From Squalus acanthias (taxonomy: Eukaryota): 64,000 nt of DNA. Positions 62,815-64,000 of this stretch are shown piece by piece (the first letter of the stretch is position 1; each line of letters begins with the position of its first letter). A program made the translations under genes and the position numbers. The stretch spans positions 64,234,001 to 64,298,000 of the forward strand of contig CM059432.1 in the NCBI GenBank assembly GCA_030390025.1, read 5' to 3'. The notes beneath the pieces are model-generated. The model ran no database searches and was not told the DNA's origin. It saw only the letters and a program-made list of their open reading frames with translations.

Positions 62815-63415
62815 AATCTAGGTAGAGGCTGGGTATTCTGCGGCAAGTGTCTCACCTCCTGACTCCCCGAAACCTTTCCACCATCTGCAAGGCACAAGTC
62901 AGGAGTATGATGGAATGCTCTCCACTTGCCTGGATGAGTGCAGCTCCAACAACACTCAAGAAGCTTGACATCATCCAGGACAAAGCAGCCCGCTTGATTG
63001 GCACCCCATCCACCACCTTAAATATTCACTCCAGTCCACCACCGGTGCACCATGGCTGCAGTGTGTACCATTTACAAGATGCACTGCAGCAACTCACGAA
63101 GGCTTCTTCGACAGCACCTCCCAAACCCACGACCTCTACCATTTGGAAGGACAAGGGCAGCAGGCACCTGGGAACACCATCACCTGCAAGTTCCCCTCCA
63201 AGTTGCACACCATCCTGACTTGGAAATATATCGCCGTTCCTTCATTGTCGCTGGGTCAAAATCCCTACCTAACAGCACTGTGGGAGTACCTTCACCACAC
63301 GGACTGCAGTGGTTCAAGAAGGGGACTCACCATCACCTTCTCGAGGGCAATTAGGGATAGGCAATAAATGCTGGCCTTGCCAATGACGCCCACATCCCAG
63401 CAACGAATAAAAAAT
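62815..63415 (+). mobile_element. LINE family B 3' end
   Basis: SPLAWMSAAPTTLKKLD and the family-B tail with A-rich end. Confidence 0.9.
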
Positions 63416-64000
63416 AACTGCAGCCAATGAAGAGCTGCTGTCAACGCCAGCAAGAAGAGGCGTTTTGAAGTCAGATGGCCGCTTCGGGAGCGGTAATTAA
63501 AGGGAATCCTTTTCAGATCGCTGAACCGTTATTATTTGCACCAGTCTGGTGCCTGTGGAAAGTTTTCACTCTTTCATTGTCTAGTGCTCTGCCGCCTCGC
63601 TTTCCAACTTTAGTGCCCTAAGAGAAGTGGTTAGCGCTTGATTTAGCGCTCCACTTCCCTCTTGGAGCGCTTCAACTGAATTTTGCGGGAGCCTATCATC
63701 ATTAGCGCCTGGCGCTACTTTTTCAGCTTTCGAGGTTTTAGCGCCACAAAGGGGGCTATAATGAATTTCTCCCCCATACTCCTTGAAAGATAAAGCCTGG
63801 AGTTTGTGCTCGATTACGCTGCCCATTTTTGCGCAATTCGGCCGAAATCAGCGTAACCGGCGCAAAGGATCGCAAATTTTAAGTGCAATTTGCTTTCAGT
63901 ACAACTCGAGTTTCTGCGCTCTTTTGCGCTAGTTTTAAAAATATCGCGCTGGAAACAGGCCCAGCCACAAAAATGGGTAAATTAATCATCATTGGGAGTT

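Overview
Eukaryotic, repeat-dominated vertebrate genomic DNA. The repeat families suggest a cartilaginous fish (shark), an inference from recalled repeat sequences, not a database search. No intact host gene is evident, and nearly every long ORF is a transposon fragment. The window contains: many CR1 LINE copies (one near full-length, with a zinc-finger/SGNH-esterase ORF1); a second CR1/L2-group LINE family and a SINE sharing its tail; L2 and RTE 3' ends; four PIF/Harbinger DNA transposon relics with convergent Myb/SANT and DDE transposase genes; many Harbinger-type MITEs with 3-bp TSDs; and a 1.65-kb TG...CA solo LTR. The most notable hidden signal is at least six minimal hammerhead-ribozyme motifs (CUGANGA-stem II-GAAA-palindromic stem III-UH) in two families of Penelope-type elements. 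Several lie in inverted-repeat insertions with TSDs, and stem I shows compensatory changes between copies. A few unique minus-strand stretches may be decayed exons (a TM-like segment and a CUB-like start). Coordinates were read by eye and may be off by a few bases, more so at element edges.
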